NCBI GenBank assembly: GCA_026003015.1
Contig: BPGL01000001.1
Coordinates: forward strand, 64,922 to 128,921
Source of the DNA: Actinomycetota bacterium
GTDB taxonomy: Bacteria; Actinomycetota; UBA4738; HRBIN12
Direction of reading: 5' to 3'
DNA length: 64,000 nt
Made by a program: the position numbers and the translations under genes. Below the pieces are notes generated by a model. It did no database searches. It had not been told where the DNA came from and saw only the letters and a program-made list of their open reading frames with translations. Below, one piece after another: positions 17,057 to 27,393 of this stretch; position 1 is the first letter of the stretch, and every line of letters begins with the position of its first letter.

Positions 17057-18920
17057 GGCGGTCCCCTCCGCCTCCGTCGCCGCGGCCGAGCCGGGGCTTC
17101 GCGCGGGTCCGTGGCCCGCGTCGGCCTCCTTCGCCGAGGGCCTTCGGGTCGGGGGGGTGGCGGTGGCGGCGCTGGTGGAACGGTTCGGCACCCCGCTCGT
17201 CGTCGTCGACGCCGACGAGGTCCGCGCCCGGATGCGCCGGGTGCGTCGGGCCTTTCCCCGGGCCGCCTACGCGGTGAAGGCGTTCACCGCCCACGCGGTC
17301 GTGCGCCTCGCGCTCGAGGAGGACCTGGACCTGTTGTGCGCGAGCGGGGGCGAGCTCGAAGCCTGTCTGCGCGCGGGCGCTCCGGGCGAGCGGCTGTTCC
17401 TGCACGGCAACGCGAAGACCGACGACGAGCTGCGCGCGGCGCTCGAGGCCGGGGTTCGCTGGGTCATCGTCGACCACGGGCAGGAGCTCGCCCGCCTCGC
17501 GGAGCTCGCGCGCGCGGCGGGCCGGGTGCAGCCCGTGCTCCTGCGGGTGATCCCCGAGGTGGAGGTCCGCACGCACGAGGCGATCGCCACCGGCCACGAG
17601 CGCTCGAAGTTCGGGACGCCCCTGGAGGAGGTGCCGGCGCTCGCGCGCCGTGCGATCGAGCTCTCCGGCGTGCGGATCGACGGCTACCACGCCCACGCGG
17701 GCTCGCAGCTGCTCCAGGTCGAGCCGTACGTGCGGGTGCTCGACGCGCTCCTCGGGATCGCCGGGCGCGTCCACGAGCAGCTGGGTCTGGCGCCGCGGGC
17801 CCTCGACGTCGGCGGCGGGTTCGGCGTCGCCTACACCCACGAGCCGGCGCTCGACCCGACGCAGGTCGGGGGCGAGCTCGCCGAGCGACTGGCCGCGCGC
17901 TGCGCCTGCCTCGGGCTCCCGACCCCTGAGCTGGTGGCCGAGCCCGGACGCTGGGTCGTCGCCAACGCGGCGCTCACCGTGTACCGGGTGGTGGCGCGCA
18001 AGCGCGTGGGGGATCGCGAGCTCGTCGCGGTCGACGGCGGGATGTCGGACAACCTCCGTCCGATGCTCTACGGGGCCGCCTACACCGTGGCGCCGGTCGT
18101 CCCCCGGCCGGGTCCGGCGCGCCGGGTCTCGCTCGTCGGCCGGCACTGCGAGTCCGGCGACGTGCTCGCCGACGACGTCGAGCTGCCCGACGCCCTGGGC
18201 CCCGGCGACCTCGTTGCCGTGGCTGCGACCGGCGCCTACGGCTACGCGCTCGCCTCGGCCTACAACCGCGTCGGGCGCCCCGCCGTGGTCGCCGTGGAGG
18301 GTGGTCGGGCGGTGCCGTGGCTGCGTCGCGAGGACGCCGCCGACCTCGACCGGCTCGAGGTGGCCCCACCGCGCTCGCTCCCCGCGCCCGCGCCCCCGTC
18401 CGGCGTCGCGATCCGCCCCGCGCGGCCGAGCGACGCGCGGTCGTTCCTCGAGTTGTGGCGCGGCGTGGTCGCCGAGGGGCGGTGGCTGCCCGACGAGCAG
18501 GTCCACGAGCGACCGCGCGCCGTGTTCCGCCGGTTCCGCCGCTCCTGGAGCGCCGAGGGCGCCGAGATCGTCGCGGTCGAGGCCGGCCGCGTCGTCGGCC
18601 ACCTCGCCCTCGACCGGGAGCGTCACCCGGCGCACCGCCACGTCGCCACGCTCGGCATGGTGGTGGCCGCCGAGCGGCGGGGACGGGGGATCGGCACGGC
18701 GATGCTCGCCGTGGCCCTCCGCTGGGCTCGCGAGGTCGGGGTCCGCAAGCTCGTGCTGTCGGTCTACCCCGACAACGTCCGCGCGATCGCCCTGTACCGG
18801 CGGTTCGGCTTCGTCGAGGAGGGGCGTCTCGCACGCCGCTCCCGGACGTCCTACGGTTACCGCGACGAGGTCGTGATGGCGCGCTGGGTGGACGAGGAGC
18901 CGACCGGGGGTCGGGCATGA
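17049..18920 (+). CDS. lysA: Diaminopimelate decarboxylase fused to a C-terminal GNAT N-acetyltransferase domain
   Basis: Residues 1-450 are a PLP fold-III decarboxylase (AYAVKAF, GGGFGV, EPGRW, CESGD). Residues ~455-623 are a GNAT fold (GHLAL...RRGRGIGTAMLAVALRWAREVGVRKLVLSVYPDNVRAIALYRRFGF). It is one uninterrupted 623-aa ORF. Confidence 0.8.
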   Translation: MPEAVPSASVAAAEPGLRAGPWPASASFAEGLRVGGVAVAALVERFGTPLVVVDADEVRARMRRVRRAFPRAAYAVKAFTAHAVVRLALEEDLDLLCASGGELEACLRAGAPGERLFLHGNAKTDDELRAALEAGVRWVIVDHGQELARLAELARAAGRVQPVLLRVIPEVEVRTHEAIATGHERSKFGTPLEEVPALARRAIELSGVRIDGYHAHAGSQLLQVEPYVRVLDALLGIAGRVHEQLGLAPRALDVGGGFGVAYTHEPALDPTQVGGELAERLAARCACLGLPTPELVAEPGRWVVANAALTVYRVVARKRVGDRELVAVDGGMSDNLRPMLYGAAYTVAPVVPRPGPARRVSLVGRHCESGDVLADDVELPDALGPGDLVAVAATGAYGYALASAYNRVGRPAVVAVEGGRAVPWLRREDAADLDRLEVAPPRSLPAPAPPSGVAIRPARPSDARSFLELWRGVVAEGRWLPDEQVHERPRAVFRRFRRSWSAEGAEIVAVEAGRVVGHLALDRERHPAHRHVATLGMVVAAERRGRGIGTAMLAVALRWAREVGVRKLVLSVYPDNVRAIALYRRFGFVEEGRLARRSRTSYGYRDEVVMARWVDEEPTGGRA

Positions 18921-20209
18921 GCGAGCGGACCGTGACGGTCGGGCTGCTCGGGGCCGGCACGGTCGGCTCGGCCGTGGTCCGGCTGCTGCACGAGCGCGCC
19001 GACGCGATCGCCCGCCGCGCAGGGGTGCGCCTGGAGGTCGCGCGCGTGGCCGTGCGCCACCCGGAGCGCCATGCGGATCTCCCCCTCGCCCGGGAGGCCC
19101 TCGTCGACGACGTCGGGCTCGTCGTCGACGACCCGGGCATCGACGTCGTGGTCGAGCTCATCGGCGGGATCGAGCCGGCGCGAACGGCGATCCTGTCGGC
19201 CTTCGCGAACGGCAAGCCCGTGGTCACCGCCAACAAGGAGCTGCTCGCCACCGGCGGTCAGGAGCTGTTCGAGGCCGCCGACGCGGCGGGGCTGGACCTG
19301 GCCTTCGAGGCCGCGGTGGCCGGCGGGATCCCCCTGATCCGTCCCCTGAAGGAGGCGCTCGGGGGGGAGCGGATCGACCGGCTGCTCGGGATCGTGAACG
19401 GCACGACGAACTACGTGCTCACGCAGATGGCGGATCGGGGCTGGTCGTTCGAGGAGGCGCTCGCCGAGGCCCAGCGGCTCGGCTACGCCGAGGCCGATCC
19501 CTCGGCCGACGTCGACGGCGCGGACGCGGCCGCCAAGTGCGCGATCCTCGCCTCGATCGCGTTCGGATCCCGCGTCACCCTCGACGACGTGTACCGCGAG
19601 GGGATCCGGCGCGTCACCGCCCAGGACATCGCCGACGCCCGGCGCCTGGGCTACGTCGTGAAGCTCCTCGCGATCGCCGAGCTCGACGACGACGAGATCT
19701 CCGCACGGGTCCATCCGGCGATGATCCCCGCGTCGCATCCGCTGGCCCATGTGCGTGACGCGTTCAACGCCGTGTTCGTCGAGGGCCCCCGGATCGGGCA
19801 GGTGATGTTCTTCGGGCCGGGCGCCGGCGGCGACCCCACGGCCACGGCCGTCGTCGGCGACCTCGTCACCGTCGCTCGCCACCGCGTGTTCGGCGGGCGC
19901 GGGGTCGGCTGTACCTGTGTGTTCGACCGGCGGCTGCGCCCGATGGGCGACACCCACGGGCAGTTCTACCTGAACCTCCACGTCGAGGACCGGCCGGGCG
20001 TGCTCGCCGAGATCGCCGAGCGGTTCGGGCACAACGGCGTCTCGATCGAGCGCGTGTGGCAGGAAGGCGCGGGGCACGACGCCGCGCTGCTGTTCGTCAC
20101 GCATCGGGCGCAGGAGGGCGCCTTCCAGAAGACCGTCGCGGAGCTGCGCGATCTCGACGTCGTGCACGAGGTACGGAGCCTGCTCCGCGTCGAGGGCGAG
20201 GAGGGATGA
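18917..20209 (+). CDS. hom: Homoserine dehydrogenase (with C-terminal ACT domain)
   Basis: The ATG at 18917 overlaps the lysA stop (ATGA). It has an NAD-binding N-terminus ([13 protein letters not shown]), a Hom catalytic core and an ACT tail. The longer ORF N-terminus is an artefact. Confidence 0.85.
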   Translation: MSERTVTVGLLGAGTVGSAVVRLLHERADAIARRAGVRLEVARVAVRHPERHADLPLAREALVDDVGLVVDDPGIDVVVELIGGIEPARTAILSAFANGKPVVTANKELLATGGQELFEAADAAGLDLAFEAAVAGGIPLIRPLKEALGGERIDRLLGIVNGTTNYVLTQMADRGWSFEEALAEAQRLGYAEADPSADVDGADAAAKCAILASIAFGSRVTLDDVYREGIRRVTAQDIADARRLGYVVKLLAIAELDDDEISARVHPAMIPASHPLAHVRDAFNAVFVEGPRIGQVMFFGPGAGGDPTATAVVGDLVTVARHRVFGGRGVGCTCVFDRRLRPMGDTHGQFYLNLHVEDRPGVLAEIAERFGHNGVSIERVWQEGAGHDAALLFVTHRAQEGAFQKTVAELRDLDVVHEVRSLLRVEGEEG

Positions 20210-21285
20210 GCGCCGAGCCCCCGATCCTCGGTCGCGCGGCACCCTGGCGCGGGATCCTCGAGGAGTACCGCGACCGTCTCCCGATCTCGGAGGCGACCCC
20301 CGTGGTGACGCTCGGGGAGGGCGGCACGCCGCTCGTGCGCAGCGCCTCGCTGTCGGCCGCGACCGGCGCGGAGGTGTGGCTGAAGTACGACGGCGCGAAC
20401 CCGACCGGCTCGTTCAAGGACCGGGGGATGACGCTTGCGATCTCCAAGGCCGTGGAGGAGGGGGCCAAGGCGGTCGTGTGCGCCTCGACGGGGAACACGA
20501 GCGCCTCGGCCGCCGCCTACGCGGCGCGCGCGGGCCTCGCCTGCGCGGTGCTCGTGCCGAAGGGCAAGGTGGCGCTCGGCAAGATGGCCCAGACCCTCGT
20601 GCACGGGGCGCGGGTGCTCGAGGTCGAGGGGAACTTCGACGCGTCGCTCGAGCTCGCCCGCGACCTCGCGGGGCGGTTCCCGGTGACCCTGGTGAACAGC
20701 GTGAACCCGTTCCGGCTCGAGGGGCAGAAGACGTGCGCCTTCGAGATCGTCGACGCGCTCGGCGGACCGCCGGACGTGCACTGCGTGCCGGTCGGCAACG
20801 CCGGCAACATCGCGAGCCACTGGCTCGGGTACGCCGAGTACCTGCGCGACGGGGTGATCCACGAGCCGCCGCGCCTGTTCGGGTTCCAGGCGGCCGGCGC
20901 GGCGCCGCTGGTGCGCGGCGAGCCCGTGGCCGAGCCGCGGACGATCGCCACGGCGATCCGGATCGGGAACCCGGCGTCCTGGTCGAAGGCGGTCGAGGCC
21001 GCGACCGCCTCCGAGGGCGGGATCCGGGCCGTGACCGACCGCGAGATCCTCCACGCCTATCGGCGCCTGGCGCGCGAGGGGCTGTTCTGCGAGCCGGCGA
21101 GCGCGGCGAGCGTCGCCGGGTGCCTGCAGCTCGCGGCCGAGGGCGTCCTCGGGCCCAAACAGACGGTCGTGTGCGTGCTCACCGGCCACGGTCTGAAGGA
21201 CCCGGAGTGGGCGATCGCCGGCGCTGCTCAGCCCGCGAGCGTGCCGGCCGACGCGGACGCGGTGGCCGCCGAGCTCGGGCTGTGA
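20206..21285 (+). CDS. thrC: Threonine synthase
   Basis: The ATG at 20206 overlaps the hom stop. It has a PLP-lysine region ([13 protein letters not shown]) and a ThrC fold. Confidence 0.85.
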   Translation: MSAEPPILGRAAPWRGILEEYRDRLPISEATPVVTLGEGGTPLVRSASLSAATGAEVWLKYDGANPTGSFKDRGMTLAISKAVEEGAKAVVCASTGNTSASAAAYAARAGLACAVLVPKGKVALGKMAQTLVHGARVLEVEGNFDASLELARDLAGRFPVTLVNSVNPFRLEGQKTCAFEIVDALGGPPDVHCVPVGNAGNIASHWLGYAEYLRDGVIHEPPRLFGFQAAGAAPLVRGEPVAEPRTIATAIRIGNPASWSKAVEAATASEGGIRAVTDREILHAYRRLAREGLFCEPASAASVAGCLQLAAEGVLGPKQTVVCVLTGHGLKDPEWAIAGAAQPASVPADADAVAAELGL

Positions 21286-21306
21286 ACCGGTAGGCTCGCC
21301 GCCACG

Positions 21307-22173
21307 ATGCGCGTCGCGGTCCGCGTCCCGGCGACCTCCGCCAACCTCGGCCCCGGGTTCGACTGCCTCGGGCTCGCGCTCGACCTGTGCAACGAGGTGG
21401 TGGTCGACACCGAGGCGCCGCCCGGCGTCGTGTGGCGCGGCGAGGGGGCGCAGGAGCTCCCCACGGACGGATCGGATCTCGTCTCGCGCACGATGGCCGC
21501 CGTCGGGGAGCGCTTCGGCGTGCCGCTCGCGCCGCTGCGCCTCGAGGCCGACAACCGCATCCCGCTCGAGCGCGGGCTCGGCTCCTCGTGCGCGGCGGTC
21601 GTGGCGGGGATCGCGCTCGCCTCGCGCGTGTGCGACCTCGGCCTGCACGCCGATCCGACCTCCGTCTTCGCGCTCGCGGCCGAGCTCGAGGGGCACCCCG
21701 ACAACGCCGCGCCCGCCTGCTTCGGCGGGCTCGTCGTCGTCGCCGACGGCGCCGCTCGGCGCCTCGAGCCGCACCCGTCGCTGCGCCCCGTGCTGCTCGT
21801 GCCGCCGACGCGCCTGCCGACCGAGCAGGCCCGTCGCGCCCTCCCCGCGCAGGTCCCCTTCGCCGACGCGGCGGCCAACGCGGCCGGCGCCGCGATGGCC
21901 GTGGTCGCGCTCACCCAGGACCCCTCCGTGCTGCCGATCGCCCTCCGCGACCGGCTCCACCAGCCGACGCGCCTGGCCCTCGTGCCCGAGGTCGCGGAGG
22001 TCTTCGCCGACCTCGAGGCACGCCGCGTGCCGGTGTGCTTGTCCGGGGCGGGCCCGACGCTGCTCGCCTTCGAGCGGCCGGGTGCGCCGGAGGTCCCCGC
22101 GGAGCTCGTCACGGCGGGCTGGAGGATCCTCAGACCTGGCGTGCGGGCGAGCGGGTACGAGCTGGTCGGCTGA
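21307..22173 (+). CDS. thrB: Homoserine kinase
   Basis: GHMP kinase motif PLERGLGSSCAAVVAG and an N-terminus ATSANLGPGFDCLG. Confidence 0.85.
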   Translation: MRVAVRVPATSANLGPGFDCLGLALDLCNEVVVDTEAPPGVVWRGEGAQELPTDGSDLVSRTMAAVGERFGVPLAPLRLEADNRIPLERGLGSSCAAVVAGIALASRVCDLGLHADPTSVFALAAELEGHPDNAAPACFGGLVVVADGAARRLEPHPSLRPVLLVPPTRLPTEQARRALPAQVPFADAAANAAGAAMAVVALTQDPSVLPIALRDRLHQPTRLALVPEVAEVFADLEARRVPVCLSGAGPTLLAFERPGAPEVPAELVTAGWRILRPGVRASGYELVG

Positions 22174-22182
22174 GCTGGCCGC

Positions 22183-23358
22183 TCAGTCGACGCACGCCCC
22201 GAGCCCGACCGGCGCGCTTCGCCCCAGGGCGGGCTCGACGAACCGCGCGACCTGGGAGGCCGCGATCGCGTAGGCGATGCGGTCGTCGAGGACCGAGTTC
22301 GCGAACACGACGCCGGCCACCCGGCCGTCGGGCAGGGCGAAGGGGCCGCCGCTGTTGCCCCCTCGGACGCGGGCCTGCAGCTCGTAGACGCGGCGGCGAA
22401 CGAGCTCGCCGCCGTAGATGTCGCGGCCCAGGGGCTCGAACAGCCGGCGAACGGCGGCCGGCCCGCTCGTGGGGCCGCCGCCGGCGGGGAACCCGAGCAC
22501 CGCCCCGCCGGTCCCTCGGGGCAGCGGCTCGGTGGCCAGGTCGAGCGGGGGGGCGGCCAGCTCGGGGACGCGCAGCAGCGCGAGATCCAGCCCGGGATCG
22601 AAGGCGACGACCGTCGCGTCGAGGGCGTCCCCGGCGCCCCCCGGGCGCGCCCACACGTCGTCGGCGCCCGCGACGACGTGGCCGCTCGTCACGACGTAGC
22701 CGGCCGCCACCGCGAAGCCGGAGCCCTCGTTCCAGTACCCGGGACGGCAGCCGTCGGCCAGGACCTGGACGAGGCTCGGCGAGGCGGCCCGCACCGCGGC
22801 GGCGACGGTCGGGTCTGCCGGGGGCGGAACGGGTTGCGCCGTGGAGGGGACCCCGACGAACACGTCGGGGAACCCCAGCGCGTCGACGACGCGCTCGAGC
22901 TGCGGGACGAGCGGGGGCGGAGCCGGGAGCACGGCGGCGACGGCGTCGACGACGCGGGAGTCGCGAACGGCGCGCGCGACGCTCGGGAACGGCCCGGCTG
23001 CCAGGTTCAGCGCGCAGAACCAGATCGCGAGGATCCCGGCCAGCACCGAGACGCCGGCGCCGAGGACGCGGTCGACGATCGAGGCGCCGCGCCCGATGCG
23101 GCGCACGAGCCGGTCGGCGAGCGCCGCGGCGACGGCGCTGCCGAGCACGGCGAGCCCCAGGACGATGAACAGCACGAGGACGATCGAGGCGCCGGGCTCA
23201 TCGGGGCGGCTCGCGAGCCCGCGGGCGACCCCGATCCCCGCCGCGCCCCCGGCGGCCAGCCCGACGAGGCCGGCTCCCTGGGCGAGCGCGCCGCGGCGGT
23301 AGCCGCCGAAGGCGCTGCCGGCGAGCATCAGCAGCAGCAGCAGGTCCAGCGCCGTCAC
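22183..23358 (-). CDS. CvpA-family membrane domain fused to trypsin-like serine protease (MarP/Rv3671c-like)
   Basis: A GTG at 23358 gives 391 aa. There are four N-terminal TM helices (LDLLLLLMLAGSAFGGYRRG...) followed by a chymotrypsin-fold domain (TSGHVV, GNSGGP). The longer ORF N-terminus is an artefact. Confidence 0.7.
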   Translation of the reverse strand: MTALDLLLLLMLAGSAFGGYRRGALAQGAGLVGLAAGGAAGIGVARGLASRPDEPGASIVLVLFIVLGLAVLGSAVAAALADRLVRRIGRGASIVDRVLGAGVSVLAGILAIWFCALNLAAGPFPSVARAVRDSRVVDAVAAVLPAPPPLVPQLERVVDALGFPDVFVGVPSTAQPVPPPADPTVAAAVRAASPSLVQVLADGCRPGYWNEGSGFAVAAGYVVTSGHVVAGADDVWARPGGAGDALDATVVAFDPGLDLALLRVPELAAPPLDLATEPLPRGTGGAVLGFPAGGGPTSGPAAVRRLFEPLGRDIYGGELVRRRVYELQARVRGGNSGGPFALPDGRVAGVVFANSVLDDRIAYAIAASQVARFVEPALGRSAPVGLGACVD

Positions 23359-23404
23359 GGTCCCGGTATCGTCCCACGCGCTAGGACCTCGGGGGGGTGG
23401 ATGG

Positions 23405-24190
23405 ATGACAGGCGGGATCCTCCACGGGCGGGCGGCGCTCGTGACCGGCGGCACGACCGGCATCGGTCGCGCGATCGCACGTCGGTTCCTCGACGAGGGC
23501 GCCGCGGTCGTGATCACCGGCCGCGACGAGGCGCTCGGCGCGGCCGCGCGAGACGAGCTGGCCGCGCTCGGGCCGGTGCGGTTCGTGCGCGCCGACGCCG
23601 CCGATCCGGAGGCGGTCGCCGCCAGCGTCGAGGAGGCGGTGGGGTTCCTCGGAGGCCTCGACGTCCTCGTGAACAACGCCGGGGTGGGCGTCGTCGCGGG
23701 CGTCCTCGACACCCCGTTGGAGGCCTTCGACCTCGTGATGGACGTGAACGTGCGCGGGGCCTTCTGCTACGCGAAGGCCGCCTTCCCGCACCTGGAGGCG
23801 CGCCGGGGCTGCATGCTCCACATCGCGTCGGACGCCGGCGTGCTCGGCGAGGTCGAGATCGCCGTGTACTCCGTGTCGAAGGCGGCGCTCATCATGCTCT
23901 CGAACATGCTCGCCATCGAGGGCGGACGCCGTGGGGTCCGCTCGAACGCCATCTGCCCGGGCGACACTGAGCCCGGCATGCGCCACATGCTCGAGCCCGG
24001 CGCCGAGGAGCGCCCGGAGGACGTCGAGACCTGGCCGCTTCCGCCCGTCGGGCGCGTCGGGCGCGCCACCGACGTCGCGGAGGCGGCCCTGTTCCTCGCG
24101 AGCGACCGGGCGGCGTTCGTCAACGGCGTCGCGCTCCTGGTCGACGGCGGGATGCGGGCCGGGATGCGCGCGGGCATGCCCCGCGCCTGA
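23405..24190 (+). CDS. SDR family oxidoreductase
   Basis: TGGTTGIGRAIA cofactor motif, the NNAG motif and a YxxxK active site (YSVSK). Confidence 0.8.
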   Translation: MTGGILHGRAALVTGGTTGIGRAIARRFLDEGAAVVITGRDEALGAAARDELAALGPVRFVRADAADPEAVAASVEEAVGFLGGLDVLVNNAGVGVVAGVLDTPLEAFDLVMDVNVRGAFCYAKAAFPHLEARRGCMLHIASDAGVLGEVEIAVYSVSKAALIMLSNMLAIEGGRRGVRSNAICPGDTEPGMRHMLEPGAEERPEDVETWPLPPVGRVGRATDVAEAALFLASDRAAFVNGVALLVDGGMRAGMRAGMPRA

Positions 24191-24225
24191 GCGCCGGGCG
24201 CCTCGGCGGCAACTACACTGCAGAC

Positions 24226-25014
24226 GTGGTCACGATCGCGCACATCTCTGACCCCCACGTTGGCTCCCCCTACTTCGTGCCGAACCTGATGAACCGCGTC
24301 ATCAAGGAGCTGAACGAGCTCGGCCCCGACGCGGTCGTCGTGTCCGGGGACCTCACCGCCGAGGGGTTCCGTCAGGAGTACAAGAACTGGCTCGCCTACG
24401 CCGAGCGGATCGAGGCGCCCGTCCACACCGTGCCGGGCAACCATGACTCCCGCAACGTCGGCTACCTCCACTTCGAAGACCTGATCGGGCCCCGCCAGTG
24501 GGTCGTGGACGTGGGCGACGTGCGTCTCGTCGGGGTCGACTCGAGCGAGCCCGACCTGAACGAAGGCAAGGTGGGCCGCGTGCACTACCCGTGGATCGCC
24601 GAGCAGTTCTCCCACCCCGCGGCGCTCAAGATCTTCGTGATCCACCACCACCTGCTGCCGATCCCCGGTACCGGGCGCGAGCGCAGCACCGTGATGGATG
24701 CGGGGGACCTGCTCGAGGTCTTGATCCACGCCGGCGTGAACGTCGTGCTGTCGGGGCACAAGCACGTGCCCTACGTGTGGCAGCTTGAGGACATGTACAT
24801 CGCCAACGCCGGAACCGTCTCGTCGCTGCGCGTGCGCGGCTACACGAAGCCGTGTTACAACATCTTGTCGTTCGACGGCGACTCGGTTGAGATCCGCCGG
24901 AAGTTCCCGTTCGGCGACGAACACCTGATGGCGCGGTTCTCCCTGTTCGAGACCACCCGGCGGCATCGCGAGGCCCCGGTGCAGGAGGCGGCCGGGGTCG
25001 CCGAAGCCCGCTAG
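24226..25014 (+). CDS. Metallophosphoesterase (calcineurin-like)
   Basis: SDPHVG, GDLT, GNHD and GHKH metal-binding motifs. Confidence 0.75.
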   Translation: MVTIAHISDPHVGSPYFVPNLMNRVIKELNELGPDAVVVSGDLTAEGFRQEYKNWLAYAERIEAPVHTVPGNHDSRNVGYLHFEDLIGPRQWVVDVGDVRLVGVDSSEPDLNEGKVGRVHYPWIAEQFSHPAALKIFVIHHHLLPIPGTGRERSTVMDAGDLLEVLIHAGVNVVLSGHKHVPYVWQLEDMYIANAGTVSSLRVRGYTKPCYNILSFDGDSVEIRRKFPFGDEHLMARFSLFETTRRHREAPVQEAAGVAEAR

Positions 25015-25075
25015 GGGCGCCTCGTCCGCCCGCCCGACCAAGCGAGCCCGCCCGACCGAGCGAGAAGGACACCAC

Positions 25076-26407
25076 ATGCGCACCGTCGTCCTCGTCGACG
25101 GCGAGCACTACCCCCCCGTCACCCGCTGGGCGATCGCGGCCGCGCGCGAACGCGGCTACGAGGTCGTGCTCGCGCTCGTCGTCGGGGGCGGGGAGAAGGT
25201 GGGGTCGGCGCCCCTGGAGCTCGGGGTGCCGACGCGCTCGAGCGGACCGGACCGAGCCGAGGCGCTCGCGGCCGTCATCCGGGAGCTGCGTCCCGAGGTC
25301 GTGCTCGACGTGTCCGACGAGCCCGTGCTGGGGTACCGAGAGCGGCTGGCGCTGGCCTCGACGGCGCTGCGGCTCGGCGTCGCCTACGCGGGTGCGGACT
25401 TCCGCCTCGAGCCGCCGGCCGCCGAGCCCGCCCCCGCCGGGGTGCCGACGCTCGCGGTGATCGGCACCGGCAAGCGCACCGGAAAGACCGCGATCGCCGG
25501 GGAGCTCGCGCGGGCGGCATCCCGGCGAGGGCTCGACCCGATCGTCGTGGCGATGGGGCGTGGCGGGCCGCCGGAGCCACAGGTCGCCGAGGCGGGCGCG
25601 GTCACGCTCCCCGCGCTGCTCGAGCTCGTGCGCCGCGGGGAGCACGCGGCCTCCGACTACCTGGAGGACGCCCTCACCACCGGGGTGACGACGATCGGTG
25701 CGCGACGGGCCGGCGGCGGGCTGGCGGGGGCGCCGTTCGCCACGAACGTTCCCGAGGCCGTCGCGATCGCGGCGGCGCGCCGACCCGGGGTCGTCATCCT
25801 CGAGGGGAGCGGCTCGGCGATCCCGCCGGTCGCCTGGGACGCGGGGATCCTCGTCGTCCCGGCGACCTGCCCCGTGGAGTACGTGAGGGGCTACCTCGGC
25901 CCCTATCGGCTGTTGCGCTCCGACCTGGCGGTTGTTACGATGGCAGCTAACCCGGCCTCCGGGTCCCGGCACCTCTCCGATCTCACCTCTTACCTGCGAC
26001 GTTCCCTCGGGGACGACGGGGTCATCCTCACGGAGTTCCACCCGGTGCCGCTGGCGGACGTGAGGGGGAAGGATGCGTTCTTCGCGACGACGGCTCCCGA
26101 CGACGTGGCAGCTCGGCAGGTGGAGCGACTCCAGGCCGAGCACGGCTGCCGGGTCGTCGGCTGGAGCGCCCGCCTCGCCGACCGGTCGGGCCTGGAGGCG
26201 GACCTCGCGCGGGCGGAGGGCTTCGACGTGCTGTTGACCGAGCTGAAGGCCGCCGCGGTGGACGTCGCCGCGGAGCGCGCGATCGCGCGCGGCGCCGACG
26301 TCGTCTTCGTGGACAACCGCGCCGAGGTGATCGAGGGGCCTGCTGAGCTCGGCGGCGTGCTCGAGGCGACGCTCGAGCTCGCCGCGACCCGGGCCCGCGG
26401 ACGGTGA
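25076..26407 (+). CDS. Cyclic 2,3-diphosphoglycerate synthetase-like protein
   Basis: 443 aa with a P-loop-like GTGKRTGKT and the overall architecture recalled for archaeal cDPG synthetase. It is translationally coupled to a downstream 2-phosphoglycerate kinase homologue. GAGAAGGA serves as ribosome-binding site. Confidence 0.55.
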   Translation: MRTVVLVDGEHYPPVTRWAIAAARERGYEVVLALVVGGGEKVGSAPLELGVPTRSSGPDRAEALAAVIRELRPEVVLDVSDEPVLGYRERLALASTALRLGVAYAGADFRLEPPAAEPAPAGVPTLAVIGTGKRTGKTAIAGELARAASRRGLDPIVVAMGRGGPPEPQVAEAGAVTLPALLELVRRGEHAASDYLEDALTTGVTTIGARRAGGGLAGAPFATNVPEAVAIAAARRPGVVILEGSGSAIPPVAWDAGILVVPATCPVEYVRGYLGPYRLLRSDLAVVTMAANPASGSRHLSDLTSYLRRSLGDDGVILTEFHPVPLADVRGKDAFFATTAPDDVAARQVERLQAEHGCRVVGWSARLADRSGLEADLARAEGFDVLLTELKAAAVDVAAERAIARGADVVFVDNRAEVIEGPAELGGVLEATLELAATRARGR

Positions 26408-27393
26408 GGACCGTGATCAAGGAGACGAAGACCCCCCAGATCGTGATCTCCGACGTCGAGGCGGGCCTGCCCTTCTCCAAGGGGTTGCTCGCCTCGCAGG
26501 TCATGGTCACCGGGCTGTCCCCACGCCGCGCCTACGAGGTCGCCGACCGCGTCGAGGATCGGCTGGTGGGCTCGGGGCGCCTCACGCTCACGAGCGAGGA
26601 GCTGGCGAGCGTCGCCGTCGCCGTCCTCTCAGAGGTGGCGGGCGACCGCTACGCGAAGAACTACCAGCGCTGGCGGGAGGTCGAGCGGCTCGACGTGCCG
26701 CTCGTGATCCTGATCGGTGGGGCCACCGGGGTCGGCAAGTCGACGATCGCCACGCAGCTCGCCGCCCGCCTGGGCATCGTTCGGGTCGTGGCGACCGACG
26801 CGATCCGCGAGGTGATGCGCGCGATGCTGTCCGAGCAGCTCCTGCCGACCCTGCACGTGTCCTCGTTCCAGGCCGACGAGGCGCTGCGCGAGCCGCCGAC
26901 CCGCTCGGCCGACGCGGTGATCATCGGGTTCCGCGAGCAGACCGCCGCCGTGTGCGTCGGCGTGAACGCGCTGATCGAGCGCGCGGCCGACGAGGGCACG
27001 AGCATCGTGATCGAGGGCGCCCACATCGTCCCAGGGTTCTTCGATGTGGAAACCCACGCCGACCGCATCCTCGCGGTACCCTTCATCGTGGGGGTCGACG
27101 ACGAGGAGCGCCACCGCTCCCATTTCGCGGCCCGCGAGGGCGCCGTCGCAGCCCGCCCGGCTCAGCGCTACGAGGTCGGATTCGAGAACATCCGGAAGCT
27201 CCAGCGGTGGGTCAAGAGCCAGGCGCTGTCCCACGGGGTGCCGGTGATCCCGAACTACAGCTTCGACCAGTCGATCGCGGCGGTGATCGACCTCGTGATG
27301 GAGCGAGCCACCGCCCGGGCCGCCGAGCTCGGGCGCCGTGAGCAGGGGCGAGCCGAGCCCCCCGAAGGCCGGCGAGAAGGGAAGACCGCGTGA
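26404..27393 (+). CDS. 2-phosphoglycerate kinase-like P-loop kinase
   Basis: 329 aa with Walker A GGATGVGKST, resembling the 2PGK family of Methanothermus-type cDPG pathways. Its start overlaps the cDPG synthetase stop. Confidence 0.55.
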   Translation: MRTVIKETKTPQIVISDVEAGLPFSKGLLASQVMVTGLSPRRAYEVADRVEDRLVGSGRLTLTSEELASVAVAVLSEVAGDRYAKNYQRWREVERLDVPLVILIGGATGVGKSTIATQLAARLGIVRVVATDAIREVMRAMLSEQLLPTLHVSSFQADEALREPPTRSADAVIIGFREQTAAVCVGVNALIERAADEGTSIVIEGAHIVPGFFDVETHADRILAVPFIVGVDDEERHRSHFAAREGAVAARPAQRYEVGFENIRKLQRWVKSQALSHGVPVIPNYSFDQSIAAVIDLVMERATARAAELGRREQGRAEPPEGRREGKTA

